A DNA stretch of 64,000 nucleotides, taken from NCBI GenBank assembly GCA_965223415.1, contig OZ245002.1, positions 5,024,001-5,088,000 of the forward strand, written 5' to 3'. A program made the position numbers and the translations under genes. The stretch comes from Myxococcota bacterium (GTDB taxonomy: Bacteria > Myxococcota_A > UBA9160 > UBA6930). The notes beneath the pieces are model-generated. The model ran no database searches. It saw only the letters and a list, made by a program, of their open reading frames with translations, and had not been told where the DNA came from. Below are positions 62,298 through 64,000 of the stretch, one piece after another (position 1 is the stretch's first letter; every line of letters starts with the position of its first letter).

Positions 62298-63908
62298 CTA
62301 CCGGCAGAGCCCGCCGCCCAGGATCGCGTAGGGCTCGCAGTCGTAGATCAGGCGGCCCGCCTCGCCGTGCTGCCAGTCGAGGGCCGGCAGCGCGTAGCCC
62401 GGCGGCATGCCGGGAGCCGGCTCGTCCTGCAGGTCGGCCACGGGCACCGGGTAGCTCGCCCAGTCCTTCGGCGCCCGCCAGCCCGGCGGAGGCACCAGCT
62501 CGTGGCGCGTCCCGGAGACCGGGTAGAGCATGCGCCATTGGTGGATCGCCTCGCCGATCTCCTCCACCACCTCCGGGTGGAGGGCGGCCAGGTTGTTGTG
62601 CTCGTTCGGATCTTCCTCGATCCGGAAGAGGTGGGTCGTCACGCTGGCGCCGAGCAGGCCCTGGTCGATCTCCTGGACGAGCTTCCACTCGTCGTTGAAG
62701 CCGGTGATGTTGAAGTGGCCGCGGATCGGCGTCTCGGAGGCGAAGAAGAGCCAATCCCGCCGCGGCTCCTTGCGCCCCTCCCGGATCCCGGGCCAGAGGT
62801 TGCGCCCGTCCAGCTCGAAGGGCGACTGGATCTTCACGTCCGCCGCCGCGGACAGGGTGGGGAACACGTCCATGGCGGACATGATGCTCGTGTTCTTCGT
62901 GCCCGCCGGCAGCGCGGCCGGCCAACGCAGGACCGAGACGACGCGAATGCCGCCCTCGAAGGTGTCGCCCTTGCCGCCGCGCAGCGGCACGTTGTCGGCG
63001 CCGCCGGTGGCGTAGGCAGCGCCGCCGTTGTCGCTGAAGAAGAGGACGATGGTGTTCTCCGCCACGCCCTCGTCGTCGAGGGCGTCGAGCACCATGCCGA
63101 TGGCCTGGTCCATGCCGTCGACCACCGCCGCGTACATCGGCCGGGCGCTCGGCCGGAGCATCAGCTTGCGCAGGCGGCGCGAATCGTCGGTCTGGGCGCT
63201 GCGGGCCGGCTCCCGGTCGTCCTCCATGTCCTCGTACTTGGCCTTCAGGTCCTCCGGCGCGTCGAGCGGAGTGTGGGGCGCGATGAAGGGCATGTAGAGG
63301 AAGAAGGGCTTCGCTTCGTCGCGCTCGCGGATCCAGCGCGCGCCTTCGCGGCCGAGCAGGAACGATTCGTAGCCCTCGTCGTCCAGGCTCTCGCCGTTGC
63401 GCTGGAAGTCCTTGCCGCGCTGGCTCGCAAACGGCGGAAAGAAGCCGACCTCCGTGTGGAGGTGGCCGTAGAAGTGCTCGAAGCCGCGCTGGTTGGGATG
63501 ATAGGTCTCCTGGGCGTGGCCCAGGTGCCACTTGCCGACCATCGCGGTCTGGTACCCCGCGTCCCGGAAGCTCTCGGGCATGAAGCGCTCGTCCGGATGG
63601 ATGCCGTTGGTCATCCAGGGCATGATCACGCCGTAGGCCACCCCCAGGCGCATGGGATCGCGACCGGTCATGAGTGCAGCGCGGGTCGGGGAGCAGATCG
63701 GCGTGGAGTAGAAGCGGTCGAGCTGCACGCCCTCCCGGGCCAGCCGGTCGAGGGAGGGCGTCTCGATCACCTCCTCCCCGTGGAAGCCCACGTCGGCCCA
63801 GCCCAGGTCGTCGGCCAGGAAGATGACGACGTTCGGCCGCTCAGCGTGGGCCGCGGGGGAGACGAGCGAGCCGAGGGCGGCGACGATGAGAACGAGCGAT
63901 CGCTGCAT
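62298..63908 (-). CDS. Exported arylsulfatase (formylglycine type)
   Basis: Signal peptide, ADDLG, CSPTRAALMTG, GKWHLG, SDNG. Confidence 0.93.
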   Translation of the reverse strand: MQRSLVLIVAALGSLVSPAAHAERPNVVIFLADDLGWADVGFHGEEVIETPSLDRLAREGVQLDRFYSTPICSPTRAALMTGRDPMRLGVAYGVIMPWMTNGIHPDERFMPESFRDAGYQTAMVGKWHLGHAQETYHPNQRGFEHFYGHLHTEVGFFPPFASQRGKDFQRNGESLDDEGYESFLLGREGARWIRERDEAKPFFLYMPFIAPHTPLDAPEDLKAKYEDMEDDREPARSAQTDDSRRLRKLMLRPSARPMYAAVVDGMDQAIGMVLDALDDEGVAENTIVLFFSDNGGAAYATGGADNVPLRGGKGDTFEGGIRVVSVLRWPAALPAGTKNTSIMSAMDVFPTLSAAADVKIQSPFELDGRNLWPGIREGRKEPRRDWLFFASETPIRGHFNITGFNDEWKLVQEIDQGLLGASVTTHLFRIEEDPNEHNNLAALHPEVVEEIGEAIHQWRMLYPVSGTRHELVPPPGWRAPKDWASYPVPVADLQDEPAPGMPPGYALPALDWQHGEAGRLIYDCEPYAILGGGLCR

Positions 63909-64000
63909 GGGATCTCCTCACGGCCAGTCTACGCCACCCCCACGAGCGGGTGCGTCTGGGGAATGACCCGCACGTCGCGCAGGCGTCGCCCGGCCGCCCG

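Overview
GC-rich bacterial chromosome segment. The gene order tRNA(CAT)-tilS-ftsH-folP-cdaA-cdaR-glmM-pdxJ-nnr-tsaE-lysC-comEA and an MglA-type GTPase suggest a Myxococcota/deltaproteobacterial organism (inference). 1-17 kb holds a dipeptidase, a CoxD/CoxE-like AAA+VWA pair, ribBA, an orphan mglA-like gene, a MerR-led B12 mutase operon (icmF-scpA-meaB), a frameshifted aldo/keto reductase and a thiolase/3-hydroxyacyl-CoA dehydrogenase pair. 17-36.4 kb is mostly housekeeping, but the PdxJ homologue has lost essentially all catalytic residues. The most interesting part is 36.5-52.3 kb, much of it visibly lower in GC. It contains a co-oriented cassette: AurF-like diiron oxygenase -> YcgR/PilZ + LuxD-like acyl-thioesterase + SAM methyltransferase fusion -> MMPL/RND exporter -> ~6-TM double hybrid histidine kinase -> REC-GAF kinase. 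I read this as a candidate undescribed, c-di-GMP-gated lipid-signal make/export/sense system (inference). Beside it are a P-loop/dCMP-deaminase fusion and a wHTH-STAND regulator. 52-64 kb holds an Rmd-like reductase, metF with an AT-rich operator, prmA, a MoxR-DUF58-transglutaminase operon, an SGNH protein, a GT4 glycosyltransferase, gmhB and a sulfatase. I saw no CRISPR array, integrase, transposase or rRNA. All family calls come from motif recognition by eye; no searches were run.
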